Positions 25,475 through 39,232 of a stretch of DNA of 64,000 nt are shown here, piece by piece. Each line of letters opens with the position of its first letter. The first letter of the stretch is position 1. The DNA is taken from the NCBI GenBank assembly GCA_036785375.1, contig JAWMAR010000652.1, positions 620,001-684,000 of the forward strand. Direction: 5' to 3'. A program made the position numbers and the translations under genes. Under the pieces are notes generated by a model. That model was not told the DNA's origin. It searched no databases and was given only the letters and a program-made list of their open reading frames with translations. The DNA is from Leucoraja ocellata (taxonomy: Eukaryota).

Positions 25475-25960
25475 CTTGTTTTTTGGGGGTGTTTTGTTTG
25501 CTCTGATTATTTTGTTTTAATTGTTCAGTTAAAGCGCGAGCCGGGGCCGGCAGCAGTGAGAAGAACGCGAGCCGCAAACAAAGGGCCTCCTCCTCCTGCT
25601 GCCGCTTCAATCTCCTCACATCAACCCCCGAGCGGCCGAGCTTCCAGCGCTCACTGAAAGAGGGAGCTGTTTAGTGAGTGGCAAAAGAAGAGGAGGAGGA
25701 GGAGAGGAGGGGGAAAAAAAGACAACTGAGCGCCGCCGGACAAGCGGCTCCCCGCAATTTTCCCTTTCCTCCCCCCCAAAAAAACAACAAAGCCTCAAAC
25801 CCGACCGAGCGAACTTTTTTTTTCTCCCCGGACCGATAACTTTCTGAGGCGCTGGGCCGCAAAGGGGGGGTAAAAGAGGGGGGCGAAAATTCAATCTCAC
25901 TCGGACAATAATTCACTGAGCCTCCGCTGCTCAAAATGGCGGCCGAGAAAGAACGGAAGT
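25475..25960 (-). other. ADNP: Probable ADNP non-coding exon 1 (TSS approximate)
   Basis: CpG-rich segment that begins near a YY1 initiator-type GCCGCCATTTTG and ends at donor AAG|gtgaga (25475/25474). A weaker alternative donor CGA|gtgaga lies at 25901/25900. Confidence 0.65.
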
Positions 25961-26410
25961 GACGCGGGCGCCTTATTTGCATAGGGGACTATTGTCCAAT
26001 AGAGAGCAGAGTTTGAGCAGCACTACTTTCAGGGCAATTCTTCCAAACTAAGAGGTGGTTGCCCACTATTAATGGTCTTATTTCTGCCCAATAAGTAGTT
26101 AACAAGAGTGGTGTTGGTGGAAGAATAGGAATGGTTTATGTTGCATAAGCTACCACACCTCCCCCCACCCCCCCGGCTGTATTCTCGCGAGGATTGTGCA
26201 GACGAGACTCCCCGGATGTCCAGGAGGGGGCGCTACACCTCTCGACCGCCCATTAGGTTGCTGGCAGGGGCGCGCCACTGCGCAGGTGCGGGACTAGGGC
26301 ATCTGGCGCCTCCATCTGCTCAGCGTGCAGTCACAGACCTCAGCACACATATGTGCACACAACCTGATTCAGCATTTGGGTTATCACTGCGCCTCCCGCC
26401 TGGCCCTGGC
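25530..26410 (-). promoter_or_regulatory. CpG island / ADNP promoter
   Basis: The only strongly CpG-dense non-repeat region in an AT-rich window. It contains YY1 CAAAATGGCGGC (25932-25943), an ETS/CRE composite CGGAAGTGACG (25954-25964), octamer ATTTGCAT (25975-25982), CCAAT (25996-26000) and a CTCF/ChAHP-type motif (26221-26232). Confidence 0.8.
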
Positions 26411-26474
26411 CCAGCACTACTTTCTGAGATGCTGGTGGGAAGTCATCCATTTTGTTACACCAAGAGAGGTTGCA

Positions 26475-26750
26475 TTCAGATTCAGGGTGTTTCTTCCCAG
26501 CTGCTATCAGGGAACTGAACCATCCTGCCACAACCAGAGCGCAGTCCTGAACAATCTACTCCATTGGAATCCCTTGACTCTTTGATCGGACTTTATTGGC
26601 TTTATCTTCCACTAAACATTATTCGCTTATCATGTATCTCTACACACTGGGTGGCTCGATTGTAATCATGTATTGTCTTTCCACTGATGAATTTTCACGC
26701 AACAAAAGCTTTTCAATGTACCTCAGTACATGTGACAATAAACTAAACAA
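26475..26750 (+). mobile_element. Rex1/Babar-like LINE 3' end
   Basis: agattcaggg..tttcttcccagctgctatcagg (RFR..FFPA.IR) and the tail tttcaatgtacctcagtacatgtgacaataaactaaac. A similar tail occurs at about 39690-39785, 20510-20550 and 16580-16830. Confidence 0.55.
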
Positions 26751-29700
26751 TTAATAATCCAGGTGAATAACTGGCTCACAAAGATGGCTGAAGGATTGTG
26801 AGCTTCAGCCTCCAAGAAATGTGAAAAGCTGAAGCATAAAACAGCATTAAATTCTTCATAAAGGCCCAACTTTTGTTCAGGTGCACACATGATTGGTAAT
26901 AAATTAGGCCATCACACTATTAGAGATCATATCCTTGAATAGCATTATCCAGTTCAACAATTGGTTAACATTCCCAATTATAGTGTAGAGATGAGCTGAC
27001 AAAGTTTCATAACTAGACCACAATTTTAAAAACTTTACAACAATGAAATGTGGCATATACGTGGTGAATGTGATCTGACAATTATCATGTACTGTAATTA
27101 TTCAAATATATGGACATTATTGTAATTGAAATCTGAATATAATCAATTTCAACAACAAAAAATCTGATTCTATTCATATGAAAATGATGAAAAGTCATGT
27201 GCCTGAACAGTTAAATCTGCTTTTCACTCTACGGATGCTGCCTTGCCTATTACATACTACAGCATTCCCTGTCCTATCTCAGAATGGTAGCTAATCAGAA
27301 AATACAATGCAGATTATGAATGGGTCCAATGGTAGCCATATTATCTGTGCGCAACTGAAAGTATTTTGTATATACTTAAACATCCATGAAATAAATTTCA
27401 CTAATAATATGCACCTTTTTAGTTTAGTTTCAGAATCTAAAGAAAAATAGAATAAAAATTCCAAGTTTCATTCCAAAAATAATTATGTGGTGAAAGGGTT
27501 ATGTGTCCTTAAATGAATATATTATTCTCCTGAGAAAATAAGTAACTTACATTAACAAACATCTAAATTTAATGTTGCCAGCCTACACATAAACAAAATT
27601 TAAAAAAAATCTTAAATAAATTAGTTTCAAAATCTCATTCTGGGCCTTGTGAAGAAATATGAAATGTATTAGTGATAATTTCAGAGTATTCTCATTTTTA
27701 TGTAAAGATCAAGACCAAAATGATAAATGAACTAAGAATTGTAGACCATCCCCCTCCCTCTCCCCAAGTCTTGTCTATCTAGGAAATCCAGGAACATGCA
27801 CCATAAGAAGTCTTTACAATGATAGTTGCTGGTTAATATGGTATAATTAGCTGCAAATAACAGAATTAAACAAAATTCTTAAGGATAACAGATAAACCTA
27901 CATTTATTCAAATTTAACAGAGAAACAATGATCACTTAAGAGCCACGTTTTCCCTTCTCAAAATAATTGTTGACCCCCTTATGTATCCAGTTCTCAAGTT
28001 TTCTTATCCCAACTTATTACTGGACAGAATAGCATTCATGACAACCACGAGTCCCCTTCATCGCAAGGAAGTTTAGAGACAAAAACCCTTATACAGCTAA
28101 AACAATTCACAGGGGAACTTTCCCCCCAAACTCTCCTATCATAACAACTTGAACCCATTACCCCACGCCTGCTTCCACCTCCATAACTTTAATGGTTAAC
28201 AGTCTGACTTTAATTCTGCGATTATGTCAGATGTGGGAACCATTTGTCACAAGATCAGAAATTCGCACTTCCCATGTCAGATTCCACTCTTCAAAAAAAT
28301 AAGCTGCATTTGGCCTCAGCTAATGGACAGATAGGGACTTTGTGCCTAGATTTTTTGAACATCACTGATGATGATTTTTTTTTTAATGCACAAATCTATG
28401 TACAGAGAGCATGTCATCTTAATCACCAACAGCAACATACAAATAAAGAGAAAATATGTTAAAATGCTTAATTTCCAACTTTAGTAATAGACTGGAAATT
28501 CTTGATTAGGAAGGTCTTCAAAGTGCATAAACTGAAAATTCTTCATTAGGAAGGGCGTCAAAGGCTACGGGAGAAGGCTGGAGAATGGGGTTGAGGGAAA
28601 AATAGATCAGCCATTAATACTGGATGGTCCAAATTACCTAATTCTACTCCTACGTCTAATGGAAATACAACCAGCATTAATACAATCTCTTCCTAGACTA
28701 TTGTGAGATCCACAACCTATCATTCAAGCTCAACAAAAGGTTTTGTTCATATTCATCTCAAATTGAACCTCATCAAGGCAAAGTATTAATACCAATTGAC
28801 TCTTTGGATATATCTGGGGAGAATCAGCGATGTATAAGTTATTTTAGTTTACAACAAATCATTTGTTTAAATGATTGTACATTCATTGCAGCGCATTATT
28901 TATTTATTTATTTAAAATGTGCATTTATTCAGATTTCAGTTCCGCAATGGAGTTTTGTTTCAATAAAAATATATAGTTGGAAGTTTGTTTTGGTCATTTG
29001 AACAGTTACTTTTTGGTGCTGATACAAAGACTATGTATTGCACTAGTACTTTTGTCAACATCACGCTTGCCCTGCACTCATGCAAACAAAGGCAAGTCTG
29101 TAAACTTTCAGTAAATGCTTAAAGTGATAGTTTCAGTGATTTGACAAACTGGAACTGACTTGTTTTATTATGTTGCAAAACTATTTTTTTTTCAAAAAAA
29201 GTGGATGAGAGCCTACAAAAGCCCTGGACAAAATAGTACATTTATTAGACAGCATGATAATTGATGACTATTACTTTGTAGTTTTTGATCTTACTTTATG
29301 AACTCCTCTCCCACTCCTCCAATAATTGTATGGTGGAATACTAGAAGCCTAGCTTGAAGGATTGTAAACATATATCCACAGCCCATCTTTCATAATCATT
29401 GCATTCAGATTCCACCATTCAATACTACAACCCATTTAGTCTAGTTTTTATTTTGGTGCCTCTGTATTTTTGATTAAAATATGATTTGATATCCCATTTT
29501 AAATTAATCAGTCATTTTTGGTTGATTTTATGACATTTTTGTTTCAGGAGCACAGAACCTTGACTAAATGTTATGACGATTTGGCAAGTATTTCTGATCA
29601 CTTATGAAGTTTGTTCTGAGCAGACTTTTATCGGGATGTAGGCCTGTCAGATGCTTTGCCTTATATTTTGCCAACTGTCGTGCTGGACAAAAGAGACCAG

Positions 29701-31188
29701 GCCGAGTTTAATCTAATCAATAATAATGTTTTGAGTTGCTCACTAAGACAATTTTGGGGATTACACCTGATCTCAGTATTTTTGGGGTGGAATATTTATA
29801 TTTTATTGAAACCTGGATTGAATAGATTCTCTGCTGATCTTTGTTCCTTTTGTTAGCTTCACTGGCCTCACTGAAATTCTTTATTCAAGAGTGAGCACGT
29901 TCTTCACTCACAGACCTTTGTAAGAAAACCAAAAGGACATAAAGAATTGTTAATTAAACTTCCAACCCAAACTTTGCATGTTCATCTCATGAGTCATAAG
30001 GTTACAGACATTAGTACTACTATGAATTTAAACATCAAATCCACATGGATGTTTTAAGATAATTTAAGAAGTGCTACCCTTCAGCTGATACTGTAAACCA
30101 AGGGCATGTCTGCTAGGTCAGACATATGTATAACTATCTAAAGATAGCAGTGTGTTTTCTGTCCTAGAGGTAGTTATTTATTCTTCCATTTGTGTATAAA
30201 TTGCCTATCAATTCGGTTTACATAATAATGACTGCACTATAATTCCTTCTTTGTAAAACCGATCATACAGAAGATTTAAAAGCTGATATATGAATGCAAG
30301 TTCCTGCTTTCTAAAGATTTTAATTGTGATGCACATTTAGATCCAAAATTTTTGGAATAAAAATGTTCTAAAACAGCCTTTTCATTAATTTAGTAATATA
30401 TTACTTATGAAATAACTGTATGCAAATATTTCATTATTTCTTGACATTTTCCACAAACTCAAACAAACATTGCTTTTACATAAATATTCAAATTAAGGTT
30501 ACTGGAAAGATTTCAATCAACATGTGGTATGACAATCCATTGCACCTAACAAATCTTGGATTTGTGATAATTATCTGTTTATTCCACAGGAACAAAAATA
30601 TAATCTCACATTTCCAAAAAAATTCAAAGACAGTACTTAGATTAGCCTTACTAAATAAACTCCTGTCAGGAACTTGTTTCACAAAAATCCTAAAGAGTTT
30701 GGTATTTGTGAACTGCTAATTTTTTTTACTCACCACAATCAAATGCTTATAACAGGTCCCAAAATTTTTATTTTCAACAGTTAATCAGTATCTGGTCAAA
30801 TGTGTAAGAATCTATTTAAAGAAAATCATTTTGTTTAGACAGAACTAAAAGGGGTACAGCACTCAATACGAATAAATTACACCATCTTAACAAAAAATGA
30901 AACTGATTAGGGCTTTACGTTACGGTGCACACAGACAGCACTCTAAAGCACAACACAGATCAATTAAATGAAAATGCAATGTAATTTTTCAATGAGACTG
31001 CTATAAACGTACCTCTGCAATTTTCACTGATAACCTGAAATGATGTAAAGTTGTAAGGTTAAGATTTCTGGATTCTATTTATAAGAAAGAACTAACTATT
31101 AAAAATGAAATTATAACTCCATTCATGCATCAGCCAACAAGAGCAAAGCACGTCTGCTTGAAAGTAGAACCAATACCAATTTTAGACA

Positions 31189-31409
31189 ATAAGGCACACG
31201 AGGCTGCGGATGCTGGAATCTTAAGCAAAAAAACTCTTGGAAATACTCAACAGGCCATATAGCATTTATGTTGGGAAATTGATAGATGGTATTTCATGTC
31301 AGGAATCTTCTTCAGTCTGAAGAAGGGTCCCAACCCAAAATGATTTCTGTCCATTTTCCTTCACAGGTGCTGGCTGACCCACTGAGTTCTTCCAGTAGTT
31401 TGTTTTTGC
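31189..31409. mobile_element. Palindromic (head-to-head) Penelope-derived element
   Basis: Centre cttcttcag-t-ctgaagaag; 13-bp TSD CCAATTTTAGACA at 31176-31188 and 31410-31422. Confidence 0.82.
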
Positions 31410-32547
31410 CCAATTTTAGACATGTTTGTTAAATGTGATACCATAGAAAGTAGTAATGCTGGTTTACATGTATTATTCCCATCACTGCAAGAGTTTGGTA
31501 ATGGCCTGGTTAGTGAATGTGCCAAGTCTTAGAACTTCATCAATTACTGGCTGAAGTAACAAATCAAACGCACACCATACTTCCTTCTACTAATTTTATT
31601 GTGACATTGAGATAGCCTTCAGAGCAAATTCTCCAAATTACACTAAACAATCTAGAGAGATACAAAATTCAAGCAGATCGAATTACTGAGGTAATGGACA
31701 CGAAAGTGAAACAAATAGATCTATCCCCAACAAGTTTTCACGGTATAAAATTAATTGTATTTGCATGAATGCTTACATAGATATTATTACATTTTAATTT
31801 ATCTGTGACAATTGATGGACATATTCCTCTAGTAAAGATAGTACACATAATTAAAGTGAATATTTATAGGCAAATTATTAATAGACATAAGTGTAAAAAA
31901 CCCTGAAAACATAATCAAAATTGAAATTTCTGACCAAAACTAAAAATGTAATACCTGGAAATTAATTTAGATAGAAACTCTTAGAACTCCCAGAATGTCC
32001 TGCATTATTACATTGATTTTGAGAATGTAGGAATAAATTGCTAATCATGTTAGAATTTGTAAGTGCAATTTTTTAGAACAAAACAACATAGTAATGACAA
32101 GTATCGGTTAGAAGAAATCCTGACTAAATCATATTTGAGATGAAGTGTGTGTTTATCAGGTATTAACATAAGCTAAATGCTTCTATTTTAATTGGGGCCA
32201 AAAAGATAAATATTTGTAACAGGAAACCATATTAGTGATGTCAAAATAAGACCATGTCTCGATTCTTAATTAGTTTTAAAACATACAAAACATTTCAGCA
32301 ATATGATTTACGGCAGCAGGACTATAAGCATCAAAATGGATCAAACAAAATTAATATTTAACGACAGTCTTACTCAAAGACTGGAATGAATTATTTCATA
32401 TTATACAATTGTTCACTCACTGCGGTGTGCCACAGTTTTGTACACAAATTGGAATTTACAATGAGGTTGTGCAGCAGAAAAACAATATAAATCTTCTCTG
32501 ATGAAATTTTGGATATGTAAATTTTCAGTGGCAATTCTTAGCTTTAA

Positions 32548-32661
<114 letters not shown>

Positions 32662-33150
32662 TTAGGAGGGGGAGACAATGTAAACATGAGCATTAATAAG
32701 CAAAGGAAACTATCAAGAATGAACTAACATATGTTCTATTTTTATGAATGCCTTCAGCAATAAGAAATGGACTTGCATTATGTTATCTATAAATTTTACA
32801 CACCATTTTACACATGGAAATAGGTTTTTAATGTATCTGGGTCTTTGATAACATAATTTTGAGCAATTTATTTTACCCATGCTGCTTTAGTTATCCATTT
32901 ATCATTTGTAATGTTATTCAATGAGTAATATAGAAATAAGAATGGTTGTATTTTCTGTCCCATTACTAAATTGAACTCCGTTTCAATAAAACTAATTCTT
33001 ACTCAAATAAGAGGAACTGTAAACCTGCTGTCATAGTGCAAGATATTAATTTTAAGGTATCTCCATCTTCCTTCTTTAATGTTGTTAAATGTAGATGCAT
33101 ATTTAGAACATATCAAATAAAATATGCATGCTGTCAAAAAACACTGCCTA

Positions 33151-34765
33151 CAGTGCATTCAGAAAGTATTCAGACCTCTTCACTTTTTCCACATTTTGTT
33201 ACGTTACAGCCTTATTCTAAAATGGATTAAATTCAATTGTTTTATCATCAATCTCCACACGATACCTCATAATATAAAAGCAAAAACAGGTGTTTAGAAA
33301 TATTTGCAAAGTAATTAAAAATAAATTACTGAAATATCACATTTAGATAAGTATTCAGACCCTTTGCTGTGGCACTCAGAATTGAGCTTCGGTGCATCCT
33401 GTTTCCATTGTTTATCCTTGAGATGTTTCTACAAGTGGATTGGAGTCCACAAACGGTAAATTAAATTGATTGTACATGATTTGGAAAGGCACACACCTGT
33501 CTATATAAGGTCCCGCAGTTGAAAGTGCATGTCAGAACAAAAACCAAGCGATGAAGACGAAGGAATTGTCCGGAGACGTCTGAGACAGGATTGTGTCGAG
33601 ACACAGATCTGGGGAAGGGTATAAAACAATTTTGGCAGCATTGCAGGTCCCGAAGAGCACAGTGGCCTCCGTCATTCTTAAATGGAAGAACTTTGAAACC
33701 ACCACGTCTCTTCGTAGAGCTGGCCACCCGGCCAAACTGATCAATCGAGAGAAATGGGCCGTGGTCAGGGAAGTGACCAAGAACCCGATGGTCACTCTGA
33801 CAGAGCTCCAGAGTTCCTCTGTGGAGATGGGAGAAAATTCCAGAAGGCCAACTATATCTGCAACACTCCACCAATCAGGCTTTTATGGTAGAGTGGCCAG
33901 ATGGAAGCCACTCCTCAGTAAAAGGCACCTGACAGCTCGCTTGGAGTTTGCCAAAGGGCTCCTAAACAAGATTCTCTGGTCAGATGAAACCAAGATTGAA
34001 CACTTTGGCCTGAATGCGAAGTGTCACGTCTGCAGGAAACCAGGCACCGCTCATCACCTGGCCAAAACCGTACCTACGGTGAAGCATGGTGGTGGCAGCA
34101 TCATGCTGTGGGAATGTTTTGTAGCGACAGGAACTGGGAGACTAGTCACGGTCGAGGGAAAGATGAACGGAGCAAAGTACAGAGAGATCCTTGATAAAAA
34201 CCTGCTCCTGAGCATTCAAGACCTGACTGGGGCAGAGGTTCTCCTTCCAACAGAACAATGCCCCTAAGCACACAGCCAATACAACACAGGAGTGGCTTCA
34301 TGACAAGTCTGTGAATGTCCTTGAGTGGCCCAGCCAGAGCCCGGACTTGAACCCGATAGAACATCTCTGGTGGGACCTGAAAATAGCTGTGCATCGACGC
34401 TCCCCATCCAACCTGACAGAGCTTGAGAAGATCTGCAGAGAAGAATGGGAGAAATTACCCAAATAATGGTGTGCCAAGCTTGTAGCGTTATACCCAAGAA
34501 GACTTGAGGCTGTAATTAGTGCCAAAGGTGCCTCAAGAAAGTACTGAGTGAAGGGTCTGAATACTTATGTAAATGTAATATTTCAGTTATTTATTTTTAA
34601 CTACTTTACAAAAATTTCTAAACACCTGTTTTTGCTTTTTCATTATGGGGTATTGTGTGTACATGGATGATAAACCTAAATTAATTTAATCCATTTTAGA
34701 ATAAGGCTGTGACGTAACAAAATGTGGAAAAAGTGAAGGGGTCCAAATACTTTCTGAATGCACTG
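33151..34765 (+). mobile_element. Full-length Tc1/mariner DNA transposon (IR/DR type, about 210-bp TIRs) in the last DPM1 intron
   Basis: TA|CAGTGCATTCAGAAAGTATT ... AATACTTTCTGAATGCACTG|TA. The long inverted repeats each carry the direct repeat AAGTATTCAGACC twice. An internal transposase is present. Confidence 0.96.
33551..34547 (+). pseudogene. Tc1 DD34E-type transposase, inactivated
   Basis: ATG at 33551; in-frame TGA at 33581; ILWSDE and KHGGGSIMLW motifs; frameshift near 34225; QQDND changed to QQNNA (catalytic Asp lost); [12 protein letters not shown] motif; a further stop; ends AKGASRKY*. Confidence 0.93.
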
Positions 34766-35447
34766 TATGTGATCCTTTCCAAGTAACTGTTTCAAAATTA
34801 TCAATAGCAAACTTCCAACCACATATTCCAACTCCACTTTTATTAAACCTATACTCCATTGAAGAACTGAAAATATCGGCATAAACATAGATTTAAAATA
34901 AATGAATAAATAAATGATTGTAGGTTAATTAGCTTCTATGATTTGCCCCTAGGGTGCAGGGAGAGATTGAGAAAGTGGGATAATGTGGGACCAGTGTGAA
35001 CATGTGGGTGATGTAGACCATGCTGTATCTCTACATTAAACTAAACACAACGTCTTTGGAATCAAGGTGAAGTAGGGTTTGAAGATAAAGGAAATGTCTT
35101 CCTAATACCACACTAGGTTTATAAAGTAAGTATCTAGGCCATAAGAGGCCAGAAAGATCTTGGGCTCAAATATTAGTTGATGCAAGAGCTAAACTTTACT
35201 TGACGCACCACAATAATTTCGATTTGGCTTTGTTTCTTTGAGAAAGTACAAAGTAGCCAACATTTTTATTGTCGATTTATATTAAATGATTCCAGATGAA
35301 ATGACAATGACTGAAGATGTAATAAGCTTACAAATTTTAATATACAATCAACATACATGAGCTTGATGTATGTGTGCAAAGACATGGCAGGATCAATTGC
35401 AGATATGATGTCCCATATATTGAAATAATTTTCAAACAAACATTAAG

Positions 35448-35574
35448 TGTAAGAAGGAATTGCAGATGCTAATTTACGCCATAGACCCCAAATGTTGGAG
35501 TAACTCAGCAGGACAGGCAGCATCTCTGGATAGAAAGAAAGGGTGACATTTCGGGTTGAGACCCTTCTTCAGAC
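35448..35574 (-). mobile_element. Penelope-derived short element
   Basis: Minus strand gtCTGAAGAagggtctcaacccGAAATGTCaccc plus the family tail. Confidence 0.78.
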
Positions 35575-38014
35575 GGAATTATAAATCATGGCCTCCAGAG
35601 TGAGATAGTAGGAAAAATTTCTAGTGTGGAATGGTATTCAACAAATTGTGGGGGTAGGGGGCTATGGTAAGAAAAAAAAATAGGGAATTATAAAGAAGGT
35701 TGATACTGAGAGGCTGCCTCCTTATGTTGAAGACCTTAGGAACATAGATCACAAACTTAGGGTGTTTCAGGTTAAACTAACGAGAAATCTATTCATCAGA
35801 ATTCACCAGATAGACAGGTACATGGATAGAACAGGTTTGGAGGGATATGAACCAAGCACAGGCAGGTGGAACTAGTACAGCTGGGACATGTTAGCCGGTG
35901 TGAGCAAGTTGGGCTGAAGGGCCTGGTTCCACACTGTATCATTCCATGACTCTATGACTAATTATCATATCCGTGTAGGTATTGAACTATAATTGCTTGC
36001 TTGCTTCAGTCGAAGCTGAGACTCCTATTTCTGGACACAAAAGGAATAAAGAGGCATGGGTATAGAACAGGAATGGGGGTAAATTTTAGAATTAACCATA
36101 ATCTTAGTGAATAGAGGATAACATTTCAGAGGCCAGAGAGCCTATTCCTGTGCGTCTTAGATTCTTATGTTTTTTTATTCAGTTGTGAATTAATTATTTT
36201 CAAGATTGTAAGATGTCAAGTGTCACAGAAGTCATCATAAAAAGTTCTCCCTCTAAATTAGTCATGGATTTATTTTTAATTAGGATACAAGAATATGGAA
36301 AAAAAAGAACATAAGGCCATTTGACAATTCAAAACTATTTTTCCATTTAATAAGATGTTGGCGGATCTACACTTAATTCCATCATCACGTATCCCCAGAT
36401 TCCAAGACTCTACTTGTTCCTATCTTTAAAATAGTCATCAAAATCAAATACATAGCCATCTTGGATGGAGAATTTCCATCAATTACACTCTAAAGAAACA
36501 TTTCTCTTTATCGCTGTCCTAATGGCCAAGCCTTTGGCTTTTGGCTCCATCAACAAGGACAACATACTCCCTGGATCGAAACTGACAAGCATTTTGGCAG
36601 ATAATCTAATTTCATTGAGGTCATCACTCATTAATTTTAACTCAAAGAAAGAAAATGGCCCGGTGCACTCAATCTCTCCTCTTTCTACATCTGATTGAAT
36701 CCAGAAAATTAGTTGTGTGAATAAATTTTACACCTCATCGAAAATAAGAGCATTTCTCCTTGGGCAAGGAAATCAAAACTACACAAGTGATTAGTAATCC
36801 AGCTGTGCCTTCATAAGGCACCATTTAATCACAGTAAGACTACCTTACATATATTCTCCAATTCTTTTACGATAAAAGTAGCACATAATTTCTTAAATTC
36901 TTTCTATACTTGTTAACTTTGTGCTTTGTGTAACATGACCACCCACGTCATTCTGACAAACAACAATTTCCAGAATTTTCACCTTTTAAAATTATGATGT
37001 TTTTCTATTTTTCCTCAACAATTTAAGTTGATATTTCTTCCCAGTGTATTCCATTTGCCACATTCATATCCAGATGCCTAACCTGTCTTTATTAGTTTAC
37101 TAACTCTTTTCATTCTCCCCAGAATTTCATTTATTATACTCATCTAAAACTGAAAATAGTTGAAAATATAGGTCACTTTATTTCCTGTGTGACAATAATT
37201 GTAGGCTGCCATTTCAAAGTTTCTGCTTATTCTTACTTTTTCTCCCCCTGTCCATTAACCAATCCTCAATCCATGCTAATAAAATCGCCTCCAATTCCAC
37301 ACCTGATACTGTATGAACCACAGTACTTTACACATAATGTCCCCCGAATCATTCCCATAGGAAATAAAAATATTTTTTGAATAAGGACATCAACATTTAT
37401 TTCACGATTATTCACAACTTGTTAAACTGGACTGAACTGGAACACAAGTACCATTTAGCTCCTTAATAAACTCCATAATTCAGTTAGTGTCTATTTACTG
37501 AACTATGCTCTATATCTCTTAATATATGTACTTAATAAAACTTTGTGAGATCGTAGCCTTCAATTTTTTTATTGACCATTTTTCCAGAATATATTCCAAA
37601 GTTTCATCACAATCTGTTAGCTAAGTGCTTTCTACTTTGACTCCATCATACCAAAACTAATATTAAGATTAAGATTATACCAGAGGAAGTAATATTTCTA
37701 ATTTAACCCTGTTAAATTATTTTATCATTTAAAATACTTCAATTAAATAACACCTAACTGAACCTCATAGAAATACACGACAACTTTTATTTCACAGGAA
37801 AATTACTTTTCTTCAAAAAAAATTCTAAAGTTGATTTATCTCACCTCCCACCAAGCTTAACACGAGTGCTATATAGTCATCTTACAATTTAATTATTCCT
37901 GTGGGAAAAGGAAACATTCTTGTCTACGATAGCGCTGCAAACCAACTAAATTGGTTTTTGAAGCATGTGCAATAGTCATAAATCGAAACATTAATTCTAA
38001 ATCATGAAGCATTA

Positions 38015-38317
<303 letters not shown>

Positions 38318-39127
38318 CTAATCTAAAACAAGAAACGCCATCTCAGCAACTAAAGAGATATGCCGAGGTATATATCACCTCTGGAAATAAATGTATTACA
38401 TAAATGGGCAAATGTTGTTGCATTGAGCCATGCAGGATAGAAAACCTAATATTTTGATCTGCATTTCTGAGGCAGGAGGGCACTTGAAAAAAAAACAGGC
38501 AAAATGAGCCAGGTTTCTTTTTTCCAATTCCTTTCCTGTAGCCTGTTGATTTTCAGCAAATTGGTCAGAGCTCATGTGATATTGGAAGAGGATTAGAATC
38601 AGCAACAATGCTTCAATGTTTTCGAATGAAACAACTACCTCCCAAAAATGTATTAGAAGGGGAAGTGGAGAAAATAAAGTCAAATTGTTTGCTGCAGTTC
38701 ATAGAGTGTAAAATATCATTGTGTGGCAATAGTGGGAAATCAAAAGCTTCAAGTGCATTGTCAGTTAATGGATCATAATTGTAGCACAGTAAAACAAATG
38801 TTGATCTACTGGCAAGCCAGTCTACATATACTAATAGCCTCTAGCTATGTACAAATAAGTTTTTTATATATATGTCAACTGACCATTCTTCAAAATCACC
38901 GCAATAGAAAAATATCTTTGGGACTCCGTTTACCATAATTTTATTGTTTTCTTTTGCACCACTCTACCCACACAAGAGGGCACAATGCAAAAAATTGAAT
39001 TTAGTACAATAAAATCGCACTTTGCCAGTGATTCAGTAATTATAAATAATCTTCAACATGCCCTGAAGTTAAACAACTACACCCACACAAAATGTAATAT
39101 AGCAAAAGATATTAAACCACATTCTTA

Positions 39128-39232
<105 letters not shown>

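Noticed and set aside
25437-26585. Several 60-126-aa ORFs in the CpG island
   Set aside because: Expected in GC-rich promoter DNA; several start at non-ATG codons; no recognisable protein.
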